NCBI GenBank assembly: GCA_051294905.1
Contig: CM119371.1
Span: forward strand, 20,958,001 to 21,022,000
Source of the DNA: Botryllus schlosseri
Lineage: Eukaryota
Direction of reading: 5' to 3'
DNA length: 64,000 nt
Within the stretch, counting starts at the first letter, position 1. Each line of letters opens with the position of its first letter. The position numbers were made by a program, and so were the translations under genes. The notes under the pieces are model-generated. The model had not been told where the DNA came from. It saw only the letters and a list, made by a program, of their open reading frames with translations, and made no database searches. Below, in pieces: positions 12,436-26,370 of the stretch.

Positions 12436-13604
12436 CAGGGCATGGTACGATATTGAATATAATTGGATTTCCATAATCCATACCCGCCTTAATTGTTCCA
12501 TACCTTACTGACAATTTCCCATACCATAGCAGCATTCTTCCATACCATATTTGATACTTTTTCATACTTTAGGAGTTGCCCAACCTCTTAGATAATGTAA
12601 TATATTTGATATTTTGAAATTTTATATTTCATTTATTATTCATTCAACGAAACACCTCTGATGCTCCAATGATATCCCCAAGTTTTTCGTGTCATATCAT
12701 TCATATGTCGTCAGCGATGTAGATTGCTTAACAATCGATGACGGAAAGTGAAATATATCCACATAGGATTATTCACGAATCACATCACAAGCTCATGACA
12801 TGTAAATCTAGTGAGGAAACGAACTGCTAGCAGTAGTAGTATCTATGGAATTACATGACAGAATGGTATTGTCCCATTAGAATATATATTTGAAATTAAT
12901 TTTGCATCATCACAATCATCAGGGATTTTTTAGTGACAACGGATCAAATAGCCAATTCCCTGCCAATCTGTGATTCATAAGCTTCATAAGCCAACAGCAA
13001 GATGTCCATTGTTATTTATTTTATCAGTGATAACCAGATTTCATGATGTTACATTGCGTGTTGCAGGCCGCATGGCGCAACGTCTCTCCGAGAAAAAACT
13101 ACATAAAAAAAAATATAATGCTGCTTGAGTAAAATGGGTATTTCGTGATGATCCTCCGACCAAGGCGCTAGAAATTATTCCCAAGTTCAACAAATTATTA
13201 TAAAAAAATTATGTAGGCTACTCGCAACAGAGTCTTCGATTTTAAAACCCCCCCTCGTAGTTTACGGAGCGGCAGTTGCGATAAGCGAAATGCAAGTTGT
13301 AACGCGACAGCGGTCGAATATAATTCGTTTTTATATTCAAATTGGAATATTTATCAATATTGATATTTTGCCTTCATATGCGCGTTGCACAACTTTATTG
13401 TCTTTAAATAGGCGTCGACATGGGTGGGTGAGTCATGAATCGCATTATGAGATATTGACATATACAGTGAACGATTTTCTTAGGTATGCAAGTAATTTGA
13501 AAATCCGAAAGTAGGATGATTGTCATGTTTCTGGCAAAATTTCCAAAGTATGGAAGAGTTCGGAACAAAAATTTCTGCGTCATACCATACCATACCATGC
13601 CTAG
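12436..13604. mobile_element. Non-autonomous hAT-like element with CCATAC subterminal repeats
   Basis: Starts CAGGGCATGGTA, ends TACCATGCCTAG; multiple CCATAC motifs at both ends; imperfect TSD. Confidence 0.55.
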
Positions 13605-14675
13605 CATACGAGGGCCGACTATTGCTAGAACTTTTCGAAAGATGCCGTAGTAATTACCCACAAGCTAAAATGGTTTAAGAAACAATTTTATTTCAAGATA
13701 AATTAATATTTTTCTGTTCCAAATGATGATGTTGAATTCATAATAAGTGCTTTATGACATAAAACTGATTCAATTACTGCATCGTTATTTGAATATTTTA
13801 TGTACGAACTTATTTATATGATAGGGGTTTCTGTAGCCTACATGATATCCCTGAGTCTTGAACTAGGATAAATGTTGCTGTATTATGTTTTAAAAGTACT
13901 CTTCAGTGTGTCAAAATTACAATTATATTGAATTATAATTGAATAGGTACTTTCTGTGTAGCCCATACAGCGGGAATATTCAATTTCAGTCGAAACAACA
14001 CCATGGGTTATTTCCAAAACCAGAGAAAATTTGATGAAATGCCAAAGCCGTATTCGGAATCAGTGCGATTCAGACCGCCAGAAGCACTCTCACTTTTTCC
14101 GCCTAGCGCAAGTTTTTGTTGCCGGTAAATCCGTGGAAAGTTTGAAAAAACTTAAAAAGTCGCAGAAGTTGCATTTTGCTCGGTTGACTGAAAAAAATGT
14201 CAATTTTCCGGCTCAGCTCCCGAAATACCCGTAAAAGCGTTACTTCGGTGCTGATTTACGATGTTTCAGTCGACTTTGGCCGTGTATTTCAAAAAATCGA
14301 AAATACTTTCATGAAAAACGGAAAAAGTTGCAAAATGTTGCGAAAAGTTGCATGAGAAAAATGGACAAAAGTTGCAAAAAGTTGCACTATAAGATTCCTT
14401 CAAACAGCTTAAAAAAGCATTCTACATATCTTACGAGTATTTGGGAAGCTGCCGGAAGCTGTAAAAAAAATTTGCAAAAGTTGCAAAAACTTGCCCTAAG
14501 ATGACCAGTATTATCATATTGCAGTTAACTTTTTCATTCATTTGAGTGCTAATCGCCGCGATTCAATTATAGTAAGATTTTTTTGATAATTTTTTCTGAA
14601 ATTATTCTGACCTTATTTCAATAATATTGTTGACAGGCATGCTTGACTACTAATTTATTATCACTTTTTCACTAG

Positions 14676-14744
14676 GAAAACAGACAGTTAAAATTGAGAT
14701 TGAAATCTGAAGAGTTATCTGAACAGTACGTTAAAAGTGTGAAA
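14676..14744 (+). CDS. Helical-repeat gene, module 2 short exon
   Basis: tttttcactag|...|gtgagt; 69 nt, phase 0-0; ENRQLKLRLKSEELSEQYVKSVK. Confidence 0.85.
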
Positions 14745-17700
14745 GTGAGTATTGATTTCCTCCATCATAATTTTGAAGATATATGTCCGGGAATATCATG
14801 ATTACAAAATTAAAATATCGAAACAACATTGCAAAGTTGTTGTTATCATCCTTTTTCTCGGCAGGACAATCGCCTTTCTCAAACCCCAACTTATCTCTCG
14901 TTGTCCCATTGATATCGCACCATTTTGGCAGAATATAAACTATCGTTGTACAAACAATTGCTTTGGTCACCTAATTGTTTACTACAATATCAATATGTAA
15001 AATGGTTTAGTCGTCAACTACATTGGACCCCAATGCATGGATTGTGGAACTATTGCTACCTATCACATTGGTTATAATTGTGACTCAGGAACTTGTGACT
15101 TGGTTACAGCCCAGTCACAAACTTCTTGCACGAAATGTTGTAAATCACGCACCAAAAATCACTGAACTTCGTATTTACTATTCGTATTTACTAAATACAA
15201 GTAATGAACATTGAACTAGAATGTCCCACCTTGGCACGCACAATGTTGGTATATGTCGGTTATATAATGCTTCTTGTTCTACAGTCCCATTCCATTTAAA
15301 CTGTCATGATCGTTACTGATGACAAACGTATACGTGACTATGATATCGGTGGCCTAACCTCAGTACATAAGAAACAATTCTCTATTTCAGCTGGTAAGAT
15401 AGCGCAGAGCAGGGGTGTCAAACATACGGCCCGCCAGACGATTTCATGCCGTCATAATAATCCCTCAAGACAACAAATGTTGTGTATGATTATAGAGCGC
15501 ATTCTAACCAGCATCTGACAGAGATCTTGCGGTTTCACTCTAGTCATCAGTCGGGAAAGGGGCCAGAAAATAGGCTAGTTCTTCACAAAAGAGATAACGC
15601 CAATGTGAAACTGTTATACGCACGTAACATGGAGAATAATATTTACTCACAAAATCTAATTCAAATGTCGCACCGCTGTATATGTATTTGCTCAAAATCT
15701 CACCGACATCCGAATCGCGATTTAATACTGATGAACCAAATTAAAAAGCCCACGTTTACACTCAAATCTCTTGTAAACCTTACACCGCATACCCAGGGCT
15801 TACACCAGATTACGACTAAAAAAGGTAGCATAGCATTATGCCAACATGAAATTCGACAATGCCAATATTTATCGTCGTAACTGTTTTAGTGTTAACAACA
15901 GTGTTGGGGTCTGATTTCGTGAACCACCTTTTGGGGTGTGTATACCCACTCTTTTCGCTAGGAGTGTAGTCTTCTACTATAGATTCCCAATCACCGTAGG
16001 CTACTTATCTATCATTCAACCAGCCAATCACCGTATTATTGCGGATTCGATTCCATTGTTTGCCAAAAAGAATGTTGCTAGAATATACTCATGTGATCGG
16101 CGATATAATGTAAAATACTTCCACGTATACCGGCTTGATACTCTAGTATCAAATCAACAAGAGCATATATTTTGACGCAACATATTGGAAGAATTTGACT
16201 GGTCCGGGCCACGAGCGATCGCATGGTCGGAATCCGGCCCGCTAGGTAGAAAATTACCAATGTAGTCGACACACTTTGAATAGACAAAAACGGTCCTCCT
16301 CTCTCCCTCCCCAAACCCGTACAGCTTTCAACAGAAACCAAATGCCAGAAAATACCAAATATAACAACATACCCGCTGCAGGGGATGACATATTTTCTTC
16401 ATCATGCTATACATAGCATTGGAATGGTTGGCATACACTCTTTTAACTACTAGAAAAGTGTTATGTAGCCTACTCCAATGCGCGAGTAATGATGGTGATG
16501 TAACCTGTCGGGGTGCTGATAACTTCAGATATAGTCAACCACCCCCATTCATGATATTTCACCCTCACTATAGTGCTATCGATGCTATAGCATCGTGACG
16601 ACTAAGAATAATAGAGGTCAGCAGTACTTACTCATAATACTAATATTTCGCTCTCTTTATTACTGTGATGACTGAAAGCATTGCTTCATTGTCACGATAT
16701 CTGAGACACACATGTGCTCCATATACAATTGATATAGCTGAAAAAAATTCTGGTAGACCAGAGGACAGGTTGTACAAATTTGTTAGTTCGAGGGCTCAAA
16801 ACCCCGGCAGTTGAGTCAGAGTTGTAGTCGGTATATTGAAAATGTGTGGAGTCGTAGTTGTAGTCAGTATAATGAAAATGTTTGGACTAGGAGTCGGAGT
16901 TGGAGTCGGTGGTAAATGTACCGACACCGCAGCCCTTCTCAAAAAAATAATTTATTTGAATATATTGGGTCTGAAGACATGTAGATAATACGAACATATA
17001 TCATTAAATAAATCAAATATCGACTTGATAATAACGCGCACGCGTCAGAAGCATTAACGAGATTTACATGCTGATCATACTCAATATACAATTTGGTAAA
17101 ATAAGATGAAAGCCGATTGTGCCGATTCTTAGGACAGGATGGACATTTTAATCTGTGGACTCTGAACTTTTCATAGATTTGCTGATTCCCATGTGGGTTT
17201 AATTTCAGGATACACTATGCTGACACCATCAAGTCCAGCACATGACCTTTGGATACGCTTGTGAAAATGACCAACTGTGTTAGCACTTAGCATGCACAAA
17301 CCCCGTTATTCACATTCTTTTGCGAATACGACACCAACAGAATTTACTGCAGCCTCAAAAATTTTTTTTGATTCGTAGCTCATAATTTCATACATTGTGC
17401 CTATATATAATTCGGATCTTCGGTTTAAAGCAGGGATATCAAATTCAAATGTGCTTGTGGGTCAATTTCCTATTTTTTTTATGAGGTGGGCCGCAGAATC
17501 AAATTTCGGGGTATTCAATGTTTTTCGAAGTCAGCATTGTATGATGGAACCTTGCAAATTGATATTCTACCAACACCGTGAAAATGTGATTTACAATCGT
17601 ACAATTGATGATGTCATTGTCCAAGTTGAATTGAAACAGCGTTAGATTAACCTTCGAACAGAATATATTTAATATCGCCCATTGCCGTGACCGCGGTGGT

Positions 17701-18286
17701 GCGTACCACTGCGCTACTAGTAACATGAATGAAGAGACACAAGATGTGACTAATTATAATATCCATCAAGAGGCTAGCAGAATGTCAATGTTTACCACAA
17801 CGACTTCCTTGGATAGCGAAAGACGCTAAGCAACCTAAACCTGTTTGGTCTTATTCTCTGTGAGATATGACAAGTTTGTTGCGTACGTGGTTCTAACCAA
17901 GTCAAGACGTTCCAAGTCACACGTCCTTCCATCATTTTAACGTTTGACCCACTCTTCTCGAGTCATTTTCAATTTATCACCGAATCATCCGGGGTAATTC
18001 TATGAATGTTAGTGCCCACGTCAAAGTCAGAATGTTCAGTCAAGAATCATATACGGCTCATGTTTTGCCATGATGAAGAGGCGAAAAGAAGTAACAGCAG
18101 ATCTTCCACCACATACTAGAATTTGAAAGTGATATGATAGTTGGGTTTGCTGTGTTGATTCAGGATTTGTGGGCAATTTTCGAGTGGATTTTAAGCTTTG
18201 AAATTGTCCACTGGTCTAGCAATATGTTACTCTAACGGAATCAATGATTTTAAATAGCAGATTGAATATGTTCGCTATACTTTCAG

Positions 18287-18463
18287 AACTGTCTTACCGT
18301 GGACAAACTTAAATCCAAGACCAAGACCTTCATTTCAAAAATAATAAAAGAAAAATCTGAATCGAAATACGACAGGAAACATTTTGAGCAACTCATAGAC
18401 ACAAAATGTAAAGAAATGAAGCAACGTATCGAGGAAAGAGAAGAAGAGGAAAAAAAGGCAAAG
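18287..18463 (+). CDS. Helical-repeat gene, module 2 long exon
   Basis: tactttcag|...|gtgaaa; 177 nt, phase 0-0; NCLTVDKLKSKTKTFISKII...FEQLIDTKCKEMKQRIEEREEEEKKAK. Confidence 0.82.
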
Positions 18464-18699
18464 GTGAAAATTATTTATTGTGACTTCGAGGAAATGCAAA
18501 AATCCACTCGTGCGAAGTCAAGGCATCTCAATATTTTAACATATGTCAGGTCACAGAACTTTATAAATTGAATCCAATGAAGTTGAGTACCGTCTAATGT
18601 TCCGCTGTAAATGAATATTAAGTATTCATATATTTCCGACCACTCAGTTCAGTTTAATGTGAGGGTGTAGGTAAATGCATATAGGTTAGCCTAGTCTGT

Positions 18700-21600
18700 T
18701 CATAGGCAGTCGCAATGACATAAAAAAACAAATCACAGTGAGCCGTGTTATAAGTCGACAGCAGAAGAAACAATCTGGATATACCGCACCTGGACGTACC
18801 CGCCGTTGGAACAGGCGCATGACCCCAGACGACTCGTCAACTCCCAACACACAGCAACACCAAAGAGGAGATATTTCTCAACATGGTGCCTGTGTAACAC
18901 CGAACAGTGGCACACAAATCAGCTCCGCTGCAAGAGAAAATTAGAAGGGACTCATATGGAGTAAAGAAGAGTATAAAGTGAAAATGAAATGTCACTTCCT
19001 GGCCAATCATGAAAACTCGGCAGGAGTAACCGAAGAAACTTTTCAAAAATGGAAAGTGAGAACAAAGAACTATCCAATCCTGGCAAATATGAGACGCCGT
19101 GTAATTAGGGTTGGGACTTCGGGATCAAATTTCAAATCCCGGGATCGGGATTTCCCGGGATTTTCGCTCCTCAATCCCGGGATTGGCAAAGTAGCAAAAT
19201 GCACATACAACTACACAGACAACATTTATTCCTTGTAATATTGACGCAAAAACATGCTCCCGTGAATACGAATGAAACGCAGCGATCGAAAGCCACCCGG
19301 ATAAGGAGCGTTTAAATTCATGTACCGTCTGCTTCGTGTAGGAGTTGATTTGTCCAACGTGATCGAAAAACGTCCATCATTCCGTTACATTGCCATAAGC
19401 TCCTCTTCCACACACTTGCGGATTTTTTTGTGCTCGATCGCGAAGTCCCGAACCCGTTTGTGACATCTTGGCAAGTTATCGCCGTCAGCCATGAAGGCCC
19501 GACGAATTTGCTCACTTTGGAGGAATTTGTTTAAATGCTAGCCCGTCCACAGCAGTTAACTGACTAGGAAGTTCATCGAACCGAGGATTATGCGATTTAG
19601 AAAAGGAATGGTATTTTTTGACTTGCCCGATTGAGTGATGCGGATTAATTTAATTACTATCATGTGTACGGACCTTAAATGCGTTACCAGTCACTTTTTG
19701 CTATACCAGTGGTTCCCACCCTTTTTTCGTCTCATCGCCCCCTAATCAACCTTGACACAAATTTTCGCCCCCCATCCCCTATCCCCTATCATTCACCTAA
19801 CTACTTTGATCGCCAAAGAATTGAGTAAATAAAAAGGTATTTTTTCCGAGTAGGTGCTCCAAAAACCGGTTTCCGCCGTTAATTTGACCATTTTTAGTCA
19901 ACTTTGGTGTCGTATGCAGAATAAGCCACTGCTACGATTCGTAGACTACGACGGAAATGATTGTGCAGTTCATTTTATGCCATAGTTGGTTTTATTATCA
20001 TAACTGTGAATTCTTTTAGACAATCAGCCGAATTTGTAACACTGCTTTATTACCAAAATAAGAGACACGACGCTACGTAAGCCTTGGTAGATGCTGTTTA
20101 CAAATCCCGGGATTTCATTGCGATTAATCCCGGGATCGGGATTGCTTCAAATCCCGGGATCCCGGGATCGGGATTTCCCGAGGTCCCAACGCTACGTGTA
20201 ATCAGAAAATTATCAGAACAAGAGCTCGCAGAAATCGAAGGCGAAATTTGTAACAAAATCACAGAAAATTCTGAGGCACTAGAACTTCAATTTGGCCACG
20301 ATGGCCTGAATCCACAACAAGCACCTGACGACCCGAACATCGCAGAAGTAGAATTACAAAACATCATCGGGCACCCGAATGAATCAAAAACACCTTACGA
20401 TGAGAAAATAGACACGGAATTAGAATTAGAGACCAAAAATCAAGTCATCGACCGAGTGATCTCCACATTGGATATAAATGACAGAGTAAATTTACCTGAC
20501 CTACAAATTACAAAGAAACTGAAAACTGATATTCCAGTAGCGAACAAATTTTTTACAGAAACCATACTACATGCAATTTTGAATGAAAAACAAGGAGAAA
20601 CGCTACAGCTATCTCAGAAAGACACTGCAAAATACCAAGAACTCTCAACAAAGAAAGGAACGATATGCCAGCTTGGCAACGTGGAATTGAACACAAAATC
20701 GTAAAGCTAATGTGTGACGTTGCGATACTCTCAGAACTAAAAAAAGGAAATGCTTCCCGTAAACTAAAAAAAAAAACAAGGTAAAAAGAATAGAACAGGA
20801 GCACCAAACCAAGTTGCAGTCAACAGAAAAAGTGACAATGTTGCAAGAAGAATTAAAAATGAGAATATGCACCAAAGCACAAGGATTGAGACGCTATATA
20901 ATACAAGAAACACAATACCGCCAAAACTTGTTATTTGCTCGCAAACCTGGCCAATTTTTCCGAATGATGAAACAGAAGTCAAACCACAAAATTACCAGCA
21001 GTACAATACCAGCCACCGCAGATGTGGAATCATTTTGGAAGAAAATATGGGAAACCAAAAATTCGCACAGCTCATATGAAAATTGGGTAAAACACCTCCA
21101 CACTGACCACCTACAAACACCAGAACAACAATGGTCAGAAATACCCAATCAAGAAATCAAGGAGGCCCTAAAATACTCACTGAATTGGAAAGCAGCTGGT
21201 CCTGACCAAATCAAAAACTTTTGAATAAAAAAACTAACTGTAACTCATGAATACCTAGCAGCAACCTACAGTGAGCTATTATCCTCAACCAACTCGCACG
21301 AGATACTAACCTGGTTCACACAAGGGATCACCTATCTTATTCCACAAAATGAAAACACCAGGTCCTCAAGAACTACTGGCTGATAGCATGACTGACAACC
21401 ATGTTTGAAAACCGCAAGAGGAGACACACTAACCTCAGCATGTGGCATGGATAAACTACAAAAAAGCTTTTGATTATGTCCCTGACACATGGATACTGAA
21501 CACAATGCGTATGTACAGAATTAATCCGATCATCGTCAGATTTGTTGAGAACTCAATGAATATTTGGCATACAAAACTGTTGATAAAACATGACCGAGGT

Positions 21601-23646
21601 GAAACAGAAACCTGTAAATTCAGATCCACAATGGTATCATTCAATCCGTCTCATTCTCACCACTGCTATTCCGCCTCAGCTTATCTCCACTCAGTGAGTT
21701 GCTAAGATAAAATAAAGTAGGATACGAGATAAAAGAAAGCAACAAACTCTGATCTCAAACGATTCATGGAGGATCTGAAAATGTATGCGAAATCCAATGA
21801 CGACCTGAATATCCAAATGAAAATTGTTGAGGAGTTTTCGGAGGATGTTGAAAACGAAATTTGGCGTGGATTAATGCTCAAATCTTACCATACGACGTGG
21901 AAGAGCCACTAGCATTGATGACATGAATTTCAGACATAAATTTCAAAATGGACGAAGTCATAACATAACTGAATGCTGAAGATCACTATAAATATCCGGT
22001 GATCTGTGAAAATGACAACAATAAGCATACTGAAATGAAATCAAGTCTAAAAAAGAATACATTAGCAGGCTCAAGTCAATCCTCAAAACAGAACTCAATT
22101 CCCAAAACAAAATCAATGCCATAAACAGTCTTGCAGTGCCTGTCTTGAGATACAGCGTTGATGCGGTGAACTGGCGCAGAGATGAAGTCAATAAACTGGA
22201 CACAAAGACGAGAAAACTGATGACAATGCACCACATGCATCACCCAAAATCTGATACGCAAAGGCTGTACACCCCTCCCCCCCCCCCCCAATAAAAGTGG
22301 TCGATGCCTACAAGAAATTAGACAAACTTTCAAAACAGAAATCATCGGATTGTCACAGTACATCCACTACAGCGGTAACATTACTGCAAACTAATTGCAC
22401 AGGAAGACAAACAGCGCAAAACAAAATATTTGAGTTATCGACACCACAAGTACGCCAGAGAAGTCAACATGGAAACAACCAACCTGTACACTAATGAAAA
22501 CACTTTTGTCAAACCCACAACAATAGTAAAAGCAGCACGAATTCAATACAACAACGCAACACTCAAAATGAGAGAAACGATATGGGAGTCGATGTCTCTT
22601 CATGGACAGCACAAGAAGGTAACTTCACAGCCCCATGTAGACGAGCTTCCATTGACCTAGCTATCCAGCTCTGGCCTGAAACCGGCAAGCGAAGGATGCA
22701 TTTTCGCAGCACAAGACAAATCGCTTCCTACAAAATACTATCGCAAAAGAATTCTGAAGCAAAACACGGACGACAACTGCAGAATGTGCCACAACCAAAA
22801 TGAAACTATAGTACACCTCATGTCCGGCTGTGGTGCACTTGCAGCTAGCGGTTGCCGGTTACACATGGAGACACAATAGTATCGGACACTACATTCATCT
22901 TGAATTATGCAAACATTTTAACATCATCACTTCGGCAAAAAAATGGTATGATAACAGCACAAGTGACAGAAAACGACCAAATAAAAATTATGTGGGATGT
23001 ACCAGTTATAAATGACCGCCAAATCAGGAGCAACCGTCCGGATATGATTATCAAAATAAAAAAATAAAAAGAATGCTTATTCATTATACTGGCCGTCCCA
23101 GTTGATCAAAACATACTACAAGAAGAACCAGAGAAACAGTCGAAATACGCAGAGCTCAGAATGGAATGTGTGAAAATGTGGCGATGGAAAAGAAACATTG
23201 TACCGATCGTCATTGGCACTACAGGGATCATAAGCAAAAAACTCATGTGACATATCCAAAAGATTCCGGGTAACGTTCGATTCGATATGATCCAAAAGAT
23301 CACGTTATTGGGCATTGTTAATATTCTTCGGAAGCCCTTGAATTCACCACTGAACTAAGATTACAGTTGTGCACGTGAATCACAGCATAAGTTCTGTAAT
23401 TTCGATTCTTCAATTTCAATCATCTCTATCTCTGCTCTGCAGCCCGTGCCAATTCGTCATCTACCGGAATTCAGTAATCTGACCTCTTTATATATTGCAC
23501 AGGAATAGCAATTTGACTATATTACTGAAATTTTAAAAATTTACTCCAATCCCGCCATTTTTCTTTGGGGGGAGGTTGCTCCCTGATTATGTGTGTATTT
23601 ACCAATTTTACTGTGAACTAGGAATATAATATTAAATAATAATAAT
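18700..23646 (+). mobile_element. Degenerate non-LTR retrotransposon, R4/Dong-like (RT plus C-terminal restriction-like endonuclease)
   Basis: N-terminal WSKEE..MKCHF..LANMRRRVIRKLSEQEL; RT motifs NWKAAGPDQI, GITYLIP, AWINYKKAFDYV, FMEDLKMYA; CCHC CRMC..ETIVHLMSGC; RHN; MWD..RPDMII; KYAEL; IVPIVIGTTG; many stops and frameshifts; (TAA)n tail at ~23637-23646; 5' end approximate. Confidence 0.88.
19106..20194. mobile_element. Non-autonomous hAT element inserted in the retrotransposon ORF
   Basis: TIRs TAGGGTTGGGAC / GTCCCAACGCTA; perfect TSD cgtgtaat; ATCCCGGGAT subterminal arrays; removing it restores RRRVI-RKLSEQ. Confidence 0.9.
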
Positions 23647-23957
23647 GCGCATATTCTTCGGAAGGCCTTGAATGCACCACTAGACTGAAATTACACTTGC
23701 GAATCACAGCATTATTTCGATTATTTCGATTCTTTATTTTCAATCATCTCTACCTCTGCTCTGTAACACTTGCCAGTTCTTCTTTTACTGCAATTCTATA
23801 TTCTGGCCTTTTCATGTATTGCCTAGGAATAACAATTTAACTGTATTACTGAAATTTTAGAAATGTACTCTATTCTCGCCATTTTCCTTTGCGGGCAGGT
23901 TAGTTCTCGTATTATTGGTGTACTTACCAGTTTTACTGTGAATAAAGAAAGTAATAT
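23647..23957 (+). mobile_element. Second, 5'-truncated 3' end of the same retrotransposon family
   Basis: ATATTCTTCGGAAG.CCTTGAAT.CACCACT... at 23651 repeats 23321-23630 with divergence. Confidence 0.8.
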
Positions 23958-24122
23958 TGTGTAGGCTACGTTACGGAGAATGTAGATCAGGCTTGCAGTC
24001 CAGGATGGGAGTATGATTCTGTGGTGGCGACCTTCATTGAATGAGAAGCCGGATGACGACTATGAAGGCAGCGTCGTCAACATAAATGTAGGCGGTCCAC
24101 TTATTGAATTTATTTTTAAAAG

Positions 24123-24191
24123 GTATTAAGACAAGAAATGTGTGAATATGAGGTTACCAAGTTGCACGACCAATTCGAGATGAAGATTCGG
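24123..24191 (+). CDS. Helical-repeat gene, module 3 short exon
   Basis: tttttaaaag|...|gtgagt; 69 nt, phase 0-0; VLRQEMCEYEVTKLHDQFEMKIR. Confidence 0.85.
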
Positions 24192-24389
24192 GTGAGTAGG
24201 AATGTGAATTATTTTCATGTTCACGTTATCGTTTATCAGTCCCCGGTGTGGAAGACATGACTTAGGCCAGTGGCTCTCGATACTACTGCCCTGGGGTGGC
24301 ACGAGAAAATGAGCGAATGAGGTAATAAAGTAACCGTTGACATATTACTAAAAATAGGGACGTCAACACTATAAGATGTAATTCATAAG

Positions 24390-24967
24390 CAGGGTTGTAA
24401 CCAAGTCACAAGGCTCCGAGTCACAAGTCAATTTCACTTTATAATTTTGATTTGAGTCAAGTCGAGTCATTTTCAACTCACCAGCGAGTCAAGTCCGAGT
24501 CCAAGTCATCGATCAGAGGGTCGAGTCCGAGTCATGGTATTATGACTCGAGTCGAGTTCAAGTCAATACGTTGACTGCTCAGTTCCCAGCTAAAGTGTTG
24601 TTAAACTCACTTTTTATAACTCTGTTTGGTGATTTTGAATGGTTCGCATTTATAATATAGTAATTTCCCTCACTTTTACCAGGTTCTGATCGCATTCTCA
24701 CGTGCTAGTACCAATATACGAAATCCCAATAGGGTGGTTACTTCACTATTCTTCGAAATTACGATATAATATCGGTCTTGACCGTCTGCGTCTCGAGTCA
24801 TATGATTTGGTTCGAGTCATGCGCAATGACTCGAGTCCAAGTCGAGTCAATACACAGATTGACTCGAGTCGAGTCGAGTCATTTCCGTTTTTTGAGAAAA
24901 TGACTCGAGTCAAGTCGAGTCATCAGAAAATCGTGACTCGAGTCTGACTCGAGTCATTACAACCCTG
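24390..24967. mobile_element. MITE (hAT) with GACTCGAGTC arrays
   Basis: TIRs CAGGGTTGTAA / TTACAACCCTG; perfect TSD ttcataag. Confidence 0.9.
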
Positions 24968-25604
24968 TTCATAAGGAGATGCATCAAAACGTCGTCACCA
25001 CGAGGAATAACTTTAAGTAATCAACTTAGAAACAGATCGAGCACTGCATATCTATCAGGATCGAATATTCGAAGTATTTTTGCAAAAAAGACCTATGATC
25101 GCAATGAATGTTACTTTTATTGAGTGTTAGGGATGACGAGGGTTTTGTTTTAACGTACCACCCGAGAGAGCGCTTACACAGAGACATGGTTTCGCAATTT
25201 TCCGTCCAGTAATATAAATTAAAATTTGGTCAATGCAGGTATTCCATCCTTCTCGAAGTGCTTTTAAATCATAATGTCACTACCCACCCCCCTCCCCCCA
25301 CCCCCCACCCCTAAAGGCGTATTAGAAAAAACACCCAACTGGCAACCACTGACTAAAGTCAATTAGCTACCGTAAATGGTTAGCCTCCCAAATATTGAAG
25401 GCTACCCGGGATACTCGAAATGCTTGGTGCCACGAATTTCCCTATTAGATGGTGACGCGAGGTTGGAAATCTTGAGAACCACTCATCTGCATGGGCCAGA
25501 AAATATCGTGTTTTAGGAGTCTCGATTTTTATATACTTATCGGCATTTAGGACCCTATATCGAGAGACAAATTTCAAGCAGAGCAACTTTTCATTCATTT
25601 TCAA

Positions 25605-25970
25605 AGTTGAATAGTATAATCATATTGAAATGAACCTGAATATTTTCCGCTGCAACTCGTCAGGGGTAATCGTCACCAACTAGTAGAGAATGGGGGAAAA
25701 CATTCTACACCAACAATTGTATCACAAAATATGACGTCACCAGCCTGAAATTTCGAATAAATGAGCGTTGAATATTCATTATGCATCAATAATGAACGAT
25801 CTCTTATTCGAAAGCTCATTCTGGTGACGTCGTATTCTTTAAGTGTTCTCTCCAATTCTCTACTGGTTGCTGACGATTACTCGTGATTAGTGTCAACGGA
25901 ATGTATTCGAGCTCATTTCAACATAAATATACTTATCAATTATATATTGTAGTTCTGTACCTCCAAGAAG
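25605..25970. mobile_element. Long-palindromic MITE, superfamily unassigned
   Basis: Arms ATATTGAAATGA..GGTAATCGTCA.CAAC.AGTAGAGAAT..ATGACGTCACCAG and their reverse complement; half copies at ~41650-41800, ~55327-55500 and ~28300-28380. Confidence 0.65.
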
Positions 25971-26166
25971 CTTTTTAAATTTTTAAAGTTGCATCTATTT
26001 TTTCCTGGTAGCAGAGAAGAATACTGTTTATTGCAATTCATTGCCGAAACTATTTTCTCGCCTTTCAACTTGCACCCCGTATGAGAATATTGTTGTGCGG
26101 TTCATGTTGTGAAATTAATTTACGCTATAAAAGAACAATTATTACCTATAGATACAACATTTATAG

Positions 26167-26370
26167 ATGGTCAAAGGCACGACGAAAGAAATGATCGAGG
26201 CATCATCTAAGAAGCTATTTGTCGAAATGCTGAATAATTTCAATGAAACGGTATTAAAGTGGGACGAAAAAAAAGGCAACGGAGAGGATATGACCAAGTA
26301 CTACACTATACTTGAGCAAAAGATGAAAGTCACAATTAAAGCGAAGGTTACGGAATGGGTAAAGCGAAAG
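26167..26370 (+). CDS. Helical-repeat gene, module 3 long exon
   Basis: catttatag|...|gtgaaa; 204 nt, phase 0-0; MVKGTTKEMIEASSKKLFVEMLNNFNETVLKW...YYTILEQKMKVTIKAKVTEWVKRK; clearly similar to the module 1 long exon. Confidence 0.88.

Noticed and set aside
20084..20704. 206-aa ORF as an independent gene
   Set aside because: Chimeric: its NPGI repeats come from the MITE end and the rest is the retrotransposon ORF
24390..24967. CRISPR-like arrays (GACTCGAGTC and similar short repeats)
   Set aside because: Irregular spacing, no unique spacers, bounded by TIRs and TSDs, eukaryotic context with no cas genes
26152..26166. Upstream alternative acceptor for the module 3 long exon
   Set aside because: Introduces an in-frame TAG; the acceptor at 26166 gives the expected 204-nt exon
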